Below, one piece after another: positions 10,113-19,971 of a stretch of 64,000 nucleotides of DNA. Made by a program: the position numbers and the translations under genes. This DNA comes from Pyrobaculum sp. 3827-6 (lineage in GTDB: Archaea; Thermoproteota; Thermoprotei; Thermoproteales; Thermoproteaceae), in NCBI RefSeq assembly GCF_025641885.1, contig NZ_JAOTQN010000001.1:1200547-1264546 (forward strand). Direction: 5' to 3'. Position 1 is the first letter of the stretch. Each line of letters opens with the position of its first letter. The notes beneath the pieces are model-generated. The model was not told the origin of the DNA. It saw only the letters and a list, made by a program, of their open reading frames with translations, and did no database searches.

Positions 10113-10598
10113 TTGTTTTTCTCCGTGAGGCTCGACATGTGCAAAACGTCTTCGATTCTTGACTACCGGGCTGTGATGTTTCTAGAGGGGGGCTACGTCA
10201 GAGTCACCGCCGCAAACGACAAGTCGCTTGTGGCAAAGGTGACGAAGGGGCCTTGTCTGGGGGTTTCTAGGGAGGTGGCCTTCCTGCTGTATCCCCACTA
10301 TGGCTGGGGCAAGATCCCCGTCGAGGCGGAGAGCGCCATGGAGGCTGTGGAGCTTGTTAAGGCTACTAGAGTTGTGACGCGGGTGCCCTTCGGCATAGGG
10401 GAGGCCGTGGTGCGGAGACGATTGGAGGGCTTCCCCGTGTGTGAAGGCTCGATGGCGCTTGAATACCTGGAGTATGTAGAGTTCGGCGAGGTGGTGCACG
10501 TGGAGCCTGCCCGGTTCTCGGTACTGGCGCCCGACACCACGCTGAGGCTCGTGGAGTTGCCTGTGGAGGACTCCGAGGTCGTCTTTATGCGTAGGTAG
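10113..10598 (+). CDS. Hypothetical protein upstream of sat
   Basis: 161-aa ORF. The start is uncertain: an internal MFLEGG is possible. No family recognised. Confidence 0.4.
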   Translation: MFFSVRLDMCKTSSILDYRAVMFLEGGYVRVTAANDKSLVAKVTKGPCLGVSREVAFLLYPHYGWGKIPVEAESAMEAVELVKATRVVTRVPFGIGEAVVRRRLEGFPVCEGSMALEYLEYVEFGEVVHVEPARFSVLAPDTTLRLVELPVEDSEVVFMRR

Positions 10599-10652
10599 GT
10601 TATCTTCTAACGGTTGTTAGTAATGTTTTAGATTTTTTCACATAGAGACGCC

Positions 10653-12020
10653 ATGCCTGCGCCACTTGAACCACACGGCGGGCGGCTGGTTTACAATGTG
10701 ATAGAAGATAGAGACAAGGCGGAGAGCGCCGTGAAGGGCCTCGCCAGATTGGAGATAGAGCCGACCCTCGGCCTGGACGGTGCGCCGATCCGCAACCCCT
10801 ACCGCGAGATTATGTCCATCGCATACGGCTTCTTCAGCCCCGTGGAGGGCTTCATGACGAGGAACGAGGTGGAGAATATTTTAAAGGAGAGGCGCCTACT
10901 GAGCGGCTGGCTCTTCCCATTCCCGCTGGTGTTCGACGTGGATGAGGAGAAGTTCAAGTCGCTGGGGGTTAAAGAGGGCGACACCGTGTTGCTCACCCTC
11001 AAGGGCAAGCCGTTTGCCACGTTGAAAATCGAAGAGGTGTGGAAGCTCCCGGACCGCAAGGAGTTCGCCGACGCCGTCTTCGGAACCCCTGAGCGCAACA
11101 AGGAGGTGGTGAAGAAGAGGTTTGATGAAAAACACCCCGGCTGGCTGATATACCGATCCATGAAGCCCATCGCTCTGGCGGGGAAGGTCACAGTGGTGAA
11201 CCCGCCGAGGTTTAAAGATCCCTACAGCAGGTTCTGGATGCCGCCGCACGTCTCGCGGGAGTACGTGGCTAAGAAGGGGTGGAAGATCGTGGTTGCCCAC
11301 CAGACGAGAAACGTGCCGCACATAGGCCACGAAATGCTTATGAAAATGGCCATGTTCGTCGCCGGTTGCGACAGGCCGGGGGACGCGGTGCTCGTAAACG
11401 CAATTATAGGGGCCAAGAGGCCGGGGGACTACGTCGACGAGGCCATCCTGGAGGGCCACGAGGCTCTGAACAAATTCGGCTACTTCCACCCAGACCGCCA
11501 CGTGGTTACCATGACTCTGTGGGATATGCGCTACGGGAACCCGCTGGAGTCGCTACTGCACGGGGTCATTAGGCAGAACCTCGGCGCGACGCACCACATG
11601 TTTGGCCGTGACCACGCCGCCACGGGCGACTACTACGACCCCTACGCCACGCAGTACCTCTGGACGCGGGGACTCCCCAGCTACGGCATCAACGAGCCGC
11701 CTCACGTGACGGACAAGGGGCTGAAGATACGCCCGGTGAACCTCGGCGAATTCGCCTACTGCCCCAAGTGCGGCGAGTATACATACCTAGGCATGTCTTA
11801 CGGCGACTACAAGGAGGTGGCCCTCTGCGGCCACACGCCGGAGAGGATATCCGGCTCCTTCCTCCGCGGCGTCATCATAGAGGGCCTCAGGCCGCCGAAG
11901 GTGGTCATGAGGCCGGAGGTGTACGACGTAATTGTAAAGTGGTGGAGGGTGTACGGCTACCCCTACGTCACAGATAGGTACCTAAAAATTAAAGAACAGG
12001 AGCTGGAGGTGGAGCTATGA
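10653..12020 (+). CDS. sat: Sulfate adenylyltransferase (ATP sulfurylase)
   Basis: 455 aa with the ATP-sulfurylase active-site motifs VAHQTRNVPHIGHE (QTRN + HxxH) and GRDHAATG. The N-terminal domain is PUA-like. Confidence 0.9.
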   Translation: MPAPLEPHGGRLVYNVIEDRDKAESAVKGLARLEIEPTLGLDGAPIRNPYREIMSIAYGFFSPVEGFMTRNEVENILKERRLLSGWLFPFPLVFDVDEEKFKSLGVKEGDTVLLTLKGKPFATLKIEEVWKLPDRKEFADAVFGTPERNKEVVKKRFDEKHPGWLIYRSMKPIALAGKVTVVNPPRFKDPYSRFWMPPHVSREYVAKKGWKIVVAHQTRNVPHIGHEMLMKMAMFVAGCDRPGDAVLVNAIIGAKRPGDYVDEAILEGHEALNKFGYFHPDRHVVTMTLWDMRYGNPLESLLHGVIRQNLGATHHMFGRDHAATGDYYDPYATQYLWTRGLPSYGINEPPHVTDKGLKIRPVNLGEFAYCPKCGEYTYLGMSYGDYKEVALCGHTPERISGSFLRGVIIEGLRPPKVVMRPEVYDVIVKWWRVYGYPYVTDRYLKIKEQELEVEL

Positions 12021-12361
12021 CGTACAAAATCGGGTTGCTGATAGACGAGAGGCGCTACGAGGCTATTAAAGACACGCCGCTGGCCCAGAACCTCAAGTCT
12101 ATGTTCGGCGGGGAGATAAAGATACTGGAGGTGGACGTCGACGAGGAGACCGCAAAGAGGATACTTGCCGAGTTCCCCTCGGCCAGAGTAGACGCCAGGG
12201 GCTTCCTCGAGGACCTCCCAGTGGCGTTCAAGAAGGCGCTGTTCGACGCCATTGCCCATACTAAGAGGGCTGATAAGACGGCGTTTGAAAAAGTGTTTGA
12301 AAAAATAGAGGCTATTAAGGAAGCGGCGCGGAAAGAGAAGGAGTACGTACCTCCACCTTGA
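12017..12361 (+). CDS. Small hypothetical protein translationally coupled to sat
   Basis: 114-aa ORF overlapping the sat stop (ATGA). Charged and helical. Unknown family. Confidence 0.45.
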   Translation: MTYKIGLLIDERRYEAIKDTPLAQNLKSMFGGEIKILEVDVDEETAKRILAEFPSARVDARGFLEDLPVAFKKALFDAIAHTKRADKTAFEKVFEKIEAIKEAARKEKEYVPPP

Positions 12362-12996
12362 GCCCCGGGGCGGGTAGCAACATCTTTTTTAGATACGCCG
12401 AGTGCCTCACAACGAATACGTGGATTTTCCCGTCTTTCTCGGTTTTTATGGGGGCGCCCCTGAATTTTTTGAGAGCCTCGTGCAGCGGCGAGCCGGCCAG
12501 TTGCGGTGGATATTCCACACTGTATAAAGCGATATCCTTATCGGCCAGCGGCTCGAAGAACAGCTCTTTCAAAAACTCATCTCCATTATATCAGTTACTA
12601 TCTTAGGAATCCTAAGATCATTTAATGTTTGTTTCAACTCTCTGATACCCCTTGCGCCCAAGATCGAATAATATCTAGCGGCCCCATACGTCAAGGGGCG
12701 AATAACTACGTATAAAATTTTTCGGCACTGCACGTTACCTTTATGCTCTCTGGGCGTCTCGGGGATACGGAGATGCTGGGCGTAAGCGGCACCGTAATGC
12801 GCATGGGCAACGCACTTGGAGGACCACCGCCGCGCCCTCCCAGATACGTATTGAGGACATCGACACATATCGGAGCCCTCACAAGGGCGGGACCGGCCTC
12901 GACCAGACCGTGCGTAGGAACTCACTCCTTTTGATTCAGTGATGCCGACTCGCCCTGGAGACTCGAACGTCTTCTTCCATCTTCTCTCGATACTTT

Positions 12997-13720
12997 CTAC
13001 CCCCGTAACCTCAAGATATAGTTGTATGCCGAGTAGGCCGCTACGGCCCCCTGCGCCGCGGCTATCTGTATCTGTTTAAACCCTCTGGGCATCGCCGTGG
13101 TGCAGTCCCCGGCCGCATAGATGCCGGGGATATTCGTCTCCATGGCCTCATTTACTTTAACATAGCCGTCTTCGGTGAGTTCTAGGCCGACGCGTCTGAA
13201 AAAATCCACGGCGTCTCCGCGCCTATTTCGATGAAGATGCCGTCAACTGGCAGTTTTTCTAACTCACCGCTGTCTACTCTCTTAATTACCGCCTCTCTAA
13301 GCATTTTATCGCCTCTGAGTTCAACCACCACGCGGTTCCACAAGATCTCTATCTTCCCGCTTTTAGAGAGGAGCTTTTGGTAATGCGGCCTCGCCCTCAG
13401 CCTATCCCTTAGTAGATCTTAGAGGCGTATTCCGCAAGCAACAAGGCGGCCTGCGCCGCCGAGACCCCTTCTCCCACAACGGCGACTGTTTTGCCCCTAA
13501 AGAGAGGGGCGTCGCAAGGAGCGCAGTAGCTCACCCCCCTCGCGTTAAACTCCTCCTCCCCCGGAACGCCGAGCTTCCTCCTCCGCTCCCCCACGGCAAT
13601 TATCACCGTGACAGCTTCCAACATCTCGCCGCTATCCATTGTCACAACAAATCTATTGTCTATCTGCCGGATATTCTCAACTTTTCCCAGTATAATAGGG
13701 GCGCACTACAGCTAATCAGA
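12997..13720 (-). pseudogene. Thioredoxin reductase (trxB-like), multiply frameshifted and N-terminally truncated
   Basis: Three consecutive frame segments read as TrxR. The first is ...[33 protein letters not shown]...[40 protein letters not shown], which includes the CxxC redox site. The second is [69 protein letters not shown]. The third is DFFRRVGLELTEDGYVKVNEAMETNIPGIYAAGDCTT...AYSAYNYIL. The FAD-binding GxGxxG N-terminus was not found. Confidence 0.6.
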
Positions 13721-14065
13721 TTATAACTTTTTCCACCTCATTTGGCGAGCTGTTAGAGGCTGTTACCGTGTTAACTGCCGTAAGGGAGCGGTGGAGGAAG
13801 TAGCCCCAAAGCCCTTGGCAATAGTGGTGAAAAACCACGCCTAGGCGGCAGTTTTCTTGAAGGCGTGGCTCTGCACTATACCTGTGGCAATAGTCATTTT
13901 TCAAGAATTCATGTCACTCCTAAGGCGGTTTGGCCAAGCCGCTACGCGGTCGCTATTTACGAATAGCAATTGTTTAAGCTGAAGTGGCGCCTCTCGTACT
14001 AGCGGGGCCCGCCGCTCTAAGTATACGCCTTCGTGGTGTCGTAGCTATTTGCATATACAAACAAG

Positions 14066-14551
14066 TTATCTTGTTTGCACTCTCTCGACTATTTCTTCTA
14101 CTAGCTTCTCCACCCGCTTTAGGGCCTCGGCCACCTGCTCCGCGGTTGCCCACCCCTCGTAGAAGTTTATGTGCATGGCGTTTGCTTGTGCCCAGGCGTC
14201 GTGTACCCAGTCGCCTAGCTCGTCGGCAATCTTCTTGGCGTAGTGCCACAGCTCTCCGTGTGACGCCAGTCTAACGCCGTCGCGCCAGTAGGCGTAGGCC
14301 TTTACCGCCAGAGCCGCCGCCCCCCAAATCTTCTCACTAGCCTGCCTCAAATCGCCAGCCCTCAGCCCCTCCCCCGCCGCCCTCAGCAGATCTAAGGCAA
14401 CTTCGGCGTACGCCCTAGCCCTCCCCGGGGGATCTGTGTTTGAGAGGGCTATTTCGAGCAGATAATCCTCAAGCGAAACAGCCTCAGACTCGGCCAACGC
14501 CCTCAGCCGCATAGCTAACGCGGAGGGTAGGTAGATCGCCTCCACATCCAC
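14066..14551 (-). CDS. PaREP1-family protein (Thermoproteales paralogous family)
   Basis: 161 aa with the PaREP1-type helical core ...ASEKIWGAAALAVKAYAYW...HGELWHYAKKIADELGDWVHDAWAQANAMHINFYEG. Paralogs are at 38371 and 52754. Confidence 0.65.
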   Translation of the reverse strand: MDVEAIYLPSALAMRLRALAESEAVSLEDYLLEIALSNTDPPGRARAYAEVALDLLRAAGEGLRAGDLRQASEKIWGAAALAVKAYAYWRDGVRLASHGELWHYAKKIADELGDWVHDAWAQANAMHINFYEGWATAEQVAEALKRVEKLVEEIVERVQTR

Positions 14552-14703
14552 AGAATATCCCAGTTTTTATAAGCCCGTACAGAGCCCCACAGGCCCACAT
14601 GCTGTCAGCCGGATCTCTTGACGTGGAGCAGGTGCTTGGCTAGGTTTCGCACATCTCAACTAGCCGCCTCATCCGCAAAGCAAAAAAGCGCCCACATGCG
14701 TAC

Positions 14704-15072
14704 TTACCAAGCCTCAGTGGTGTACAGCATCAGCGCCCTTTCTTTCAACCGTCCGGTGATTGGGTCTACCTCCAGCTCCAGCACCTCTAGAGTCGTCACT
14801 CCGATGAGCACCTTATCAATCACGTCTGATATCAAGACGGGGACCACCTTGCCGCGGTCGGCTATCTCCACGTAGGCCCTCCCCCGCTCCATTTCTATTA
14901 CTCCAGCACCTGTCTCCATTCTCGACACGGCGTGGGGTTTTATCCCGAGCTCCTCCGCCAGCCGCCTCGGCAACACGGTCAAAGTAGCCCCGGTATCCAC
15001 CAGCGCCTTTACAGATCTACGCGCCGTACCTTCTAAATTTCCAATAATAACCTCAACCCAGATATGACCCAC
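14704..15072 (-). CDS. Retropepsin-like (clan AA) aspartyl protease domain protein
   Basis: 122 aa with the catalytic-like motif ALVDTGAT and overall retropepsin-fold spacing. Confidence 0.55.
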   Translation of the reverse strand: MGHIWVEVIIGNLEGTARRSVKALVDTGATLTVLPRRLAEELGIKPHAVSRMETGAGVIEMERGRAYVEIADRGKVVPVLISDVIDKVLIGVTTLEVLELEVDPITGRLKERALMLYTTEAW

Positions 15073-15622
15073 GAATCTTTTAACGAGTTTAAAAGTAAAT
15101 TTTCCCTATGTCCCAGCCGCGTATTTACCGTGTTTTTTCACTATTTCGCCAATCGGCTACTCCAAATACCTAGCTGAGGCGGCACACTGCCAAGTTCAGT
15201 GTTGTGGGAGGGGGGCGAGAGAGCATTTCTCGGCCTCCAGTTAGAAATGTAACAGCTCTCATGCGGTTAATAAGTATCCCGCGATTGCTAATCCATTGGC
15301 CGCAAATATATGGTTGAAGTTTATCCAAACCTGTTTAGTAGGTAAGGTGGAGTAGTTCCGGCGGTCATGGTAGCAATTGCTAAAAACGCGTAGCGACGTG
15401 GATTAGATACGCCGCGTAGGAGAAGTTGCAAATAGATTTGAGCATAGGACCCCGTCGTGGAGTTTAGCAAAGAGGCTAGAAATAATACAAGTGGCCCGCT
15501 TTATGGCCTCGTCAGTCCGTGGATTTTAATTACCACCGGTAATAGGGAGCCGCAAGCAAGGCAGAGATAGGTAAAGGCTTTGCTAAAGACGAGACGCAGT
15601 AGGCTAAAAGCCCTTAACTTTC

Positions 15623-16516
15623 ATGACGTGGGGAAGATTTATTTTTCGCAAATTCCCCATCGTCGTGGAATACTTCGGCATGGACTTGCTAGTGCTAGCC
15701 GTGGTATTTACCGTGGCCTCAATTCCAATGGGAGCCTTTGCTTATGGCTTCTCCTCAATATCTACGCCGCTCCTTTTGCTAGCGGGTTATACAAATAGGC
15801 AATTCGCCCCACTTCTAAATTTCATAGAACTTTGGCAAAATCCATTATTGCTCTATGTGAATAGGAGAAGTATAACTGCTAAGGCACTTGGCCAAGCATT
15901 ACCTATAAGTCTAGGCATCGTGCCGGGCACCTTAGTGGGCGCCCTATTGCTTAAATCCGCTGACCCATCTCTCCTCAGGTTGGCCACGTTCCTTGTATTA
16001 GCCCCGTTGGTGCTGGCCCAAGCCGCTGGCATCAGAAGGCCCCTTGGTGACTGGCGGCTATTAGCCCCTCTGGGGTTTCCCATAGGGGTGCTCTACGGAG
16101 TGACCACAATCTCGGGCCCGCCGCTGGCCATGATCCTAAACAATAACGGGCTGGTCAAGGGAGAGTTTAGGACGGCCATGGCCGTAATTAGGACTGTGGA
16201 ATCCACGGCAACGTTCATAAGCTACTTAACGCTAGGCGTCTTTAAACCAGCTGTCGTTTACCTAGCGGCCCTCGTGGCGCCCGTAATCGTTGCCTCTATG
16301 ATTATCGGCCAAGTCGTAGCTCGCATGGCGCGTCCTGAGGACTTCAGGAGGCTGACCATGAGCTTCGACGCATGGATGATAGGCTACGGCTTAATGGGGG
16401 CTCTGGGCCACTGGCTACCCTTTGCCCTCATAGTCATCGCAGATCTAATACTCCTCCGGTATTACATCACCGTTCAGAGACCAAGAATTATCAAAGGGGA
16501 AAACTCACCTATATAG
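15623..16516 (+). CDS. TauE/SafE (TSUP) family sulfite/anion exporter-like permease
   Basis: 297-aa polytopic membrane protein with internal duplication and Gly-rich helices typical of DUF81/TauE. The start may be the internal MDLLVLAV (~15680). Confidence 0.6.
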   Translation: MTWGRFIFRKFPIVVEYFGMDLLVLAVVFTVASIPMGAFAYGFSSISTPLLLLAGYTNRQFAPLLNFIELWQNPLLLYVNRRSITAKALGQALPISLGIVPGTLVGALLLKSADPSLLRLATFLVLAPLVLAQAAGIRRPLGDWRLLAPLGFPIGVLYGVTTISGPPLAMILNNNGLVKGEFRTAMAVIRTVESTATFISYLTLGVFKPAVVYLAALVAPVIVASMIIGQVVARMARPEDFRRLTMSFDAWMIGYGLMGALGHWLPFALIVIADLILLRYYITVQRPRIIKGENSPI

Positions 16517-16560
16517 CCTCAAGAGACTACGGGAGTCAGGGAAAGACTCCTAAACAAAAC

Positions 16561-17130
16561 TCATTTACAGACGTCGACATATATCTTATTGAGATCTCCT
16601 GAACGCATTGCCAGATCCCTCGTCAAGATGCAGATGAGCCTAGCCGCTGTCGAGTCGTCCGGCACGTTAGATATCACGGCCTCTGGGTCGGGGCCGTTGT
16701 ATTGATACCTATGTAGCTCCAACGCGAGAAATGTGTTTTTCAACACCTCCTCGCCGAACTTCCGCGACAGCAACGCCGCGACCTCGGCCATCCTCGTAGT
16801 AGGCATCACGGCGATTACCACATCGACGTCCTCGACTTCCTCCACCGCCTCCCCCCTACGCAACCTAGCGACGCCGGGGAACTTAGCCTTCAGCATATCC
16901 CTCCCCTCGACCGCCAGAGCCGCCAGGTACGCCTTCCAGCACTGAAAAGCCTTGCCAGCGGCGTTTCTCACCAAGCCTTCGGAGAGGAACTCCAGCGCTA
17001 GTCTACACTCTATCTCAGCCTCCCTCATACGCGCCTCCCTATACCGCCCGGGATCTCTCCAAGGCTTAGCCAATACTGGGAACTCCACGCTACCGATGCG
17101 GCTTCCTCTTATAAATTTGACGAACCCCAC
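16561..17130 (-). CDS. PaREP1-related helical protein, subfamily with EGLVRNAAGKAFQ(A/C)WKA motif
   Basis: 189 aa. It shares LSEGLVRNAAGKAFQCWKAYLAALA and LHRYQYNGPDPE with the ORFs at 52073 and 55232. Confidence 0.55.
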   Translation of the reverse strand: MGFVKFIRGSRIGSVEFPVLAKPWRDPGRYREARMREAEIECRLALEFLSEGLVRNAAGKAFQCWKAYLAALAVEGRDMLKAKFPGVARLRRGEAVEEVEDVDVVIAVMPTTRMAEVAALLSRKFGEEVLKNTFLALELHRYQYNGPDPEAVISNVPDDSTAARLICILTRDLAMRSGDLNKIYVDVCK

Positions 17131-17419
17131 CGCCCTACCCCTCGGCGCTCCTTGAGGCGGCTATAGGCCCCCTAACCCATCTTGGTGAGGGCTGGTCTGG
17201 GCCAGCGCGGCGAGCCTTTCAGCTTCGAATACTGCCCCCCTCTCCTCTAAGGCCTTTTCGTCAACTGTGGATAGAGCTTGCTTGACGGCCTAGGCGTTCT
17301 GCTAAAGAGACTTCCATGCGTAGGTGGCCGCGAACACCGCGGTCGCTGGCGGGGCCCTCCTATATACCCAAGTGTTGAGGGCCTTCGAGCTATAGGTAGG
17401 CCGGGACGGCTGGGCGATC

Positions 17420-17761
17420 CTACCGCCCGTTTTCCCTCTTCAGCTCCTCGACGATCTCTAGATATTTTTCGACTATTTGGCGCCCCCTTTGGGTAAGCCT
17501 CAAGACTCTCCTGACGCCGGCTATGGTAATGGCTTTGCGCGACTCCACGAGGCCGCGGGACGCCAGGGCCTCTAGATGGCCGTGGACTGTGCTCTTGGAG
17601 AGCCCCACCGATCTGACCAGCGTGGCGAAGGTGACGTAGCCGTCCACGTAGTACAGGGCGAGCAGTATGCCGAGACGCACCGAGTTTGTCAAGTCCTCCG
17701 CCTGGAGCAATCTTATCAACTCCGTGATTCTAGAGCTCCGAGAGGGAGGCGGCTCCTGCAT
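17420..17761 (-). CDS. Winged helix-turn-helix transcriptional regulator (ArsR/MarR-like)
   Basis: 113 aa with a wHTH signature (LVRSVGLSKSTVHGHLEALASRGLVE). It is the last gene of the ABC-2 operon. Confidence 0.6.
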   Translation of the reverse strand: MQEPPPSRSSRITELIRLLQAEDLTNSVRLGILLALYYVDGYVTFATLVRSVGLSKSTVHGHLEALASRGLVESRKAITIAGVRRVLRLTQRGRQIVEKYLEIVEELKRENGR

Positions 17762-18275
17762 AAGCCCAGGTTATGCCTATTGCGAAGTATAGGGCGTTGT
17801 AGAAGTAGCTGAGTGCCATCAAGATCGGGAAGGGGATAAGCGCCATGTGGTCGTAGAACCTCGGCTTTAGTACTCTGAACACTGTGAGGTAGAGGAACGC
17901 CGCCACGGCCGTGCCGTAGGCGCCGTTTGCCAGCGCCCCGACCTCCGGCCTAAGAAGTGCTAAAGCTACCAGGAAAGTCAGCACTGCGATCAAGACGGCC
18001 CAGCCCGGGCGTTTCCCGGCTTGAAGCTTGGCCGCCCTCGCGGCGAGGGCGAATATGCGGGCGGTTACGGCAACGTATACAGCGATTAGGGCGATGAACA
18101 CGGCGTACATCGCCGTGGCGGATGCGCCAAGGTCTTCGCTTGCGGCGAAGGTCAGTGCTACGCTCATGGGAAATGTGGACCACAACACGTAGTAGAGCCC
18201 CATAGCCCTTCTTAGTACTCTCTTTACTATGGCGTTCGCGATTTCCCGGGGCCTCTCAACGACGTCGGCGCTCAT
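17730..18275 (-). CDS. Membrane protein of ABC-2 exporter operon
   Basis: Hydrophobic multi-helix protein. Probable start MSADVV at ~18275, overlapping the permease stop. The track ORF 17730..18509 is over-extended. Confidence 0.5.
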   Translation of the reverse strand: MSADVVERPREIANAIVKRVLRRAMGLYYVLWSTFPMSVALTFAASEDLGASATAMYAVFIALIAVYVAVTARIFALAARAAKLQAGKRPGWAVLIAVLTFLVALALLRPEVGALANGAYGTAVAAFLYLTVFRVLKPRFYDHMALIPFPILMALSYFYNALYFAIGITWAYAGAASLSEL

Positions 18276-19138
18276 GCCCCCTCCCTCTCCTCGGCCGGTG
18301 GTTTGTAGGTTATCTTCCCCACGACGAGGGCCGCCACTGCCAGCAAGGCGAGGGTCCAGAGGATCACGGAGGCGAGGCAGAGCCTCAGCGGCACGGAGTT
18401 GTTGGAGAGCGGGGGAGGCTTTGCGAGCGCCACGTTGGGCACGGTCCCCGTATAGGCGTAGACGCTGAGGTATACCAAGGCTGAGAAGGGGCTGGAGACC
18501 AGTAGCCATTCGGGCAGGGCGCCGTAGAGCGCCGAGAAGGCGAAGAAGAAGAACAGCAACATTGGCGTGAAGGATATGGCTCTGGAGTACTTGGGCGCGG
18601 CGCCTGTGGCCGCCGCCAGCGCGGTCGAGAGGGCGGTTACGAAGACAGAGGCTAGGACGGAGACCCCGGCGAACTCCACCGCGTTCACTAGAGAGGCGGG
18701 CAACACATCGGGGAGACCCACGTCGAACCCGCTGTGCCTAAGGCCGCCGGCCATCATCAACACCCCCGTTGCGATGAGAGCAGCGTCTAGGACGAGCGCC
18801 GCCGCGAGGGCGGACAGGAAGAGCGACAGCGTTATCTTGCGGGGCGTGGCTCTGCCGAATCTAATAAGGTAGGGATACGCCGCGGTGCTGTAGAGGATGG
18901 TCGCGACGACGCCGACGCCCGCAACCGTGGGGAGGTAGGCGACGCCCTCGGAGAGCCACACAGCTGTATAGGACCTCGCGAACTCGCCTACGGGCGCGGA
19001 GGGCGGTAGCTGGAAGCCGCGCGGGTAGACGTAGGCCCCCAGCGCTATCCAGAAGGCCCACCAGGTGGGGCCCCAGAAGAGCATCTGCCTATTCCTCAGG
19101 TAGCTCTTGGAGAGGTAGCCTAGGTAGCCCATGGTCAC
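18272..19138 (-). CDS. ABC-2 type transporter permease
   Basis: 288 aa with six predicted TM helices. Its start overlaps the ATPase stop (ATGA). Confidence 0.6.
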   Translation of the reverse strand: MTMGYLGYLSKSYLRNRQMLFWGPTWWAFWIALGAYVYPRGFQLPPSAPVGEFARSYTAVWLSEGVAYLPTVAGVGVVATILYSTAAYPYLIRFGRATPRKITLSLFLSALAAALVLDAALIATGVLMMAGGLRHSGFDVGLPDVLPASLVNAVEFAGVSVLASVFVTALSTALAAATGAAPKYSRAISFTPMLLFFFFAFSALYGALPEWLLVSSPFSALVYLSVYAYTGTVPNVALAKPPPLSNNSVPLRLCLASVILWTLALLAVAALVVGKITYKPPAEEREGA

Positions 19139-19971
19139 GCCGAGTATATCATATCTATCGTGGCCATGTCGCCGAGCCTCCTTCCGGCGCCTCTGCGCAG
19201 AGAGTACTTCACGCCGCCTATCTCCAGAACCGCCGCGGCGTCTCCGTGTACCCCCTCAGCAAGCCCTAGGTCCAGGAGCTCTCCCGCGGCGAACGGCCCG
19301 TAGATCCTCCCCTCGACTAAGAGATACGCGTCGAACTCCGGCATGGCTCTCAACGCGCCGAGGTCGTGGGTCGCCACCAGCCCAACCTCGCCGAAGCTTC
19401 TGAGGGCCTCCGCCACGAGCCTCCTCCTGGCGGGATCCACGTTCTCGAAGGGCTCGTCCACCAGGTAGGCCCTAGGTCTGGAGGCCAGGGCCGCCGCCAG
19501 CCTCACCAGCGTCGACTCCCCCGCGGAGAGGGCGTGGATCGGCTTCCTCGACAACTCGCCGGGGTCCAGCCTGAAGGATCTGAGGAGCTCCTCGAAGAGG
19601 CGGGGGTCGAAATCCCCCTTTAGGTCAGCCCAAACCTCGGCGATCCCCCCAACCCTATACACCGCTTGGTATATCTCGGGGAGGTTAGACGAGACTCCTA
19701 ACAGCCCCCTGGCTCTCCTCACCTCGGCCCCAAAGATCCTTATGCTCCCCTCGTACGGCACCACGCCCGACGCGGCCCTAAGGAGCGTCGTCTTGCCGGA
19801 GCCGTTAGGCCCGAGGAGAAATGCCCTCGACCTAACCGTAAAGGTCGCGCCGGAGATTACGGCCCTCCCCCGCGCTCTGACGGACATCTTTTCGAACTCT
19901 ATCACGGAAGATAGAACGAGGATGGATAAAAGGTAGGCGGAAGTTCCCAGATCCGAACTCGCGCCTAACAT
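19135..19971 (-). CDS. ABC transporter ATP-binding protein
   Basis: Walker A LLGPNGSGKTTLL, signature LSAGESTLVRLAAAL, Walker B AYLVDEPFENVD. The true start is inside the 366-aa track ORF, at Met 19971 or a GTG near 19905 before VIEFEK. Confidence 0.8.
   Translation of the reverse strand: MLGASSDLGTSAYLLSILVLSSVIEFEKMSVRARGRAVISGATFTVRSRAFLLGPNGSGKTTLLRAASGVVPYEGSIRIFGAEVRRARGLLGVSSNLPEIYQAVYRVGGIAEVWADLKGDFDPRLFEELLRSFRLDPGELSRKPIHALSAGESTLVRLAAALASRPRAYLVDEPFENVDPARRRLVAEALRSFGEVGLVATHDLGALRAMPEFDAYLLVEGRIYGPFAAGELLDLGLAEGVHGDAAAVLEIGGVKYSLRRGAGRRLGDMATIDMIYSA

Noticed and set aside
10799-11501. Minus-strand ORFs of 130 aa and 201 aa inside sat, and the Arg/Gly-rich 11279..11572 plus-strand ORF
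   Set aside because: They overlap the highly conserved sat reading frame. Their composition (Arg/Pro/His-rich) is characteristic of GC-rich out-of-frame translation.
12925-12990. Possible tRNA-like T-arm near GGAGACTCGAACG
   Set aside because: No acceptor stem or T-stem pairing could be constructed. No CCA-proximal complementarity.
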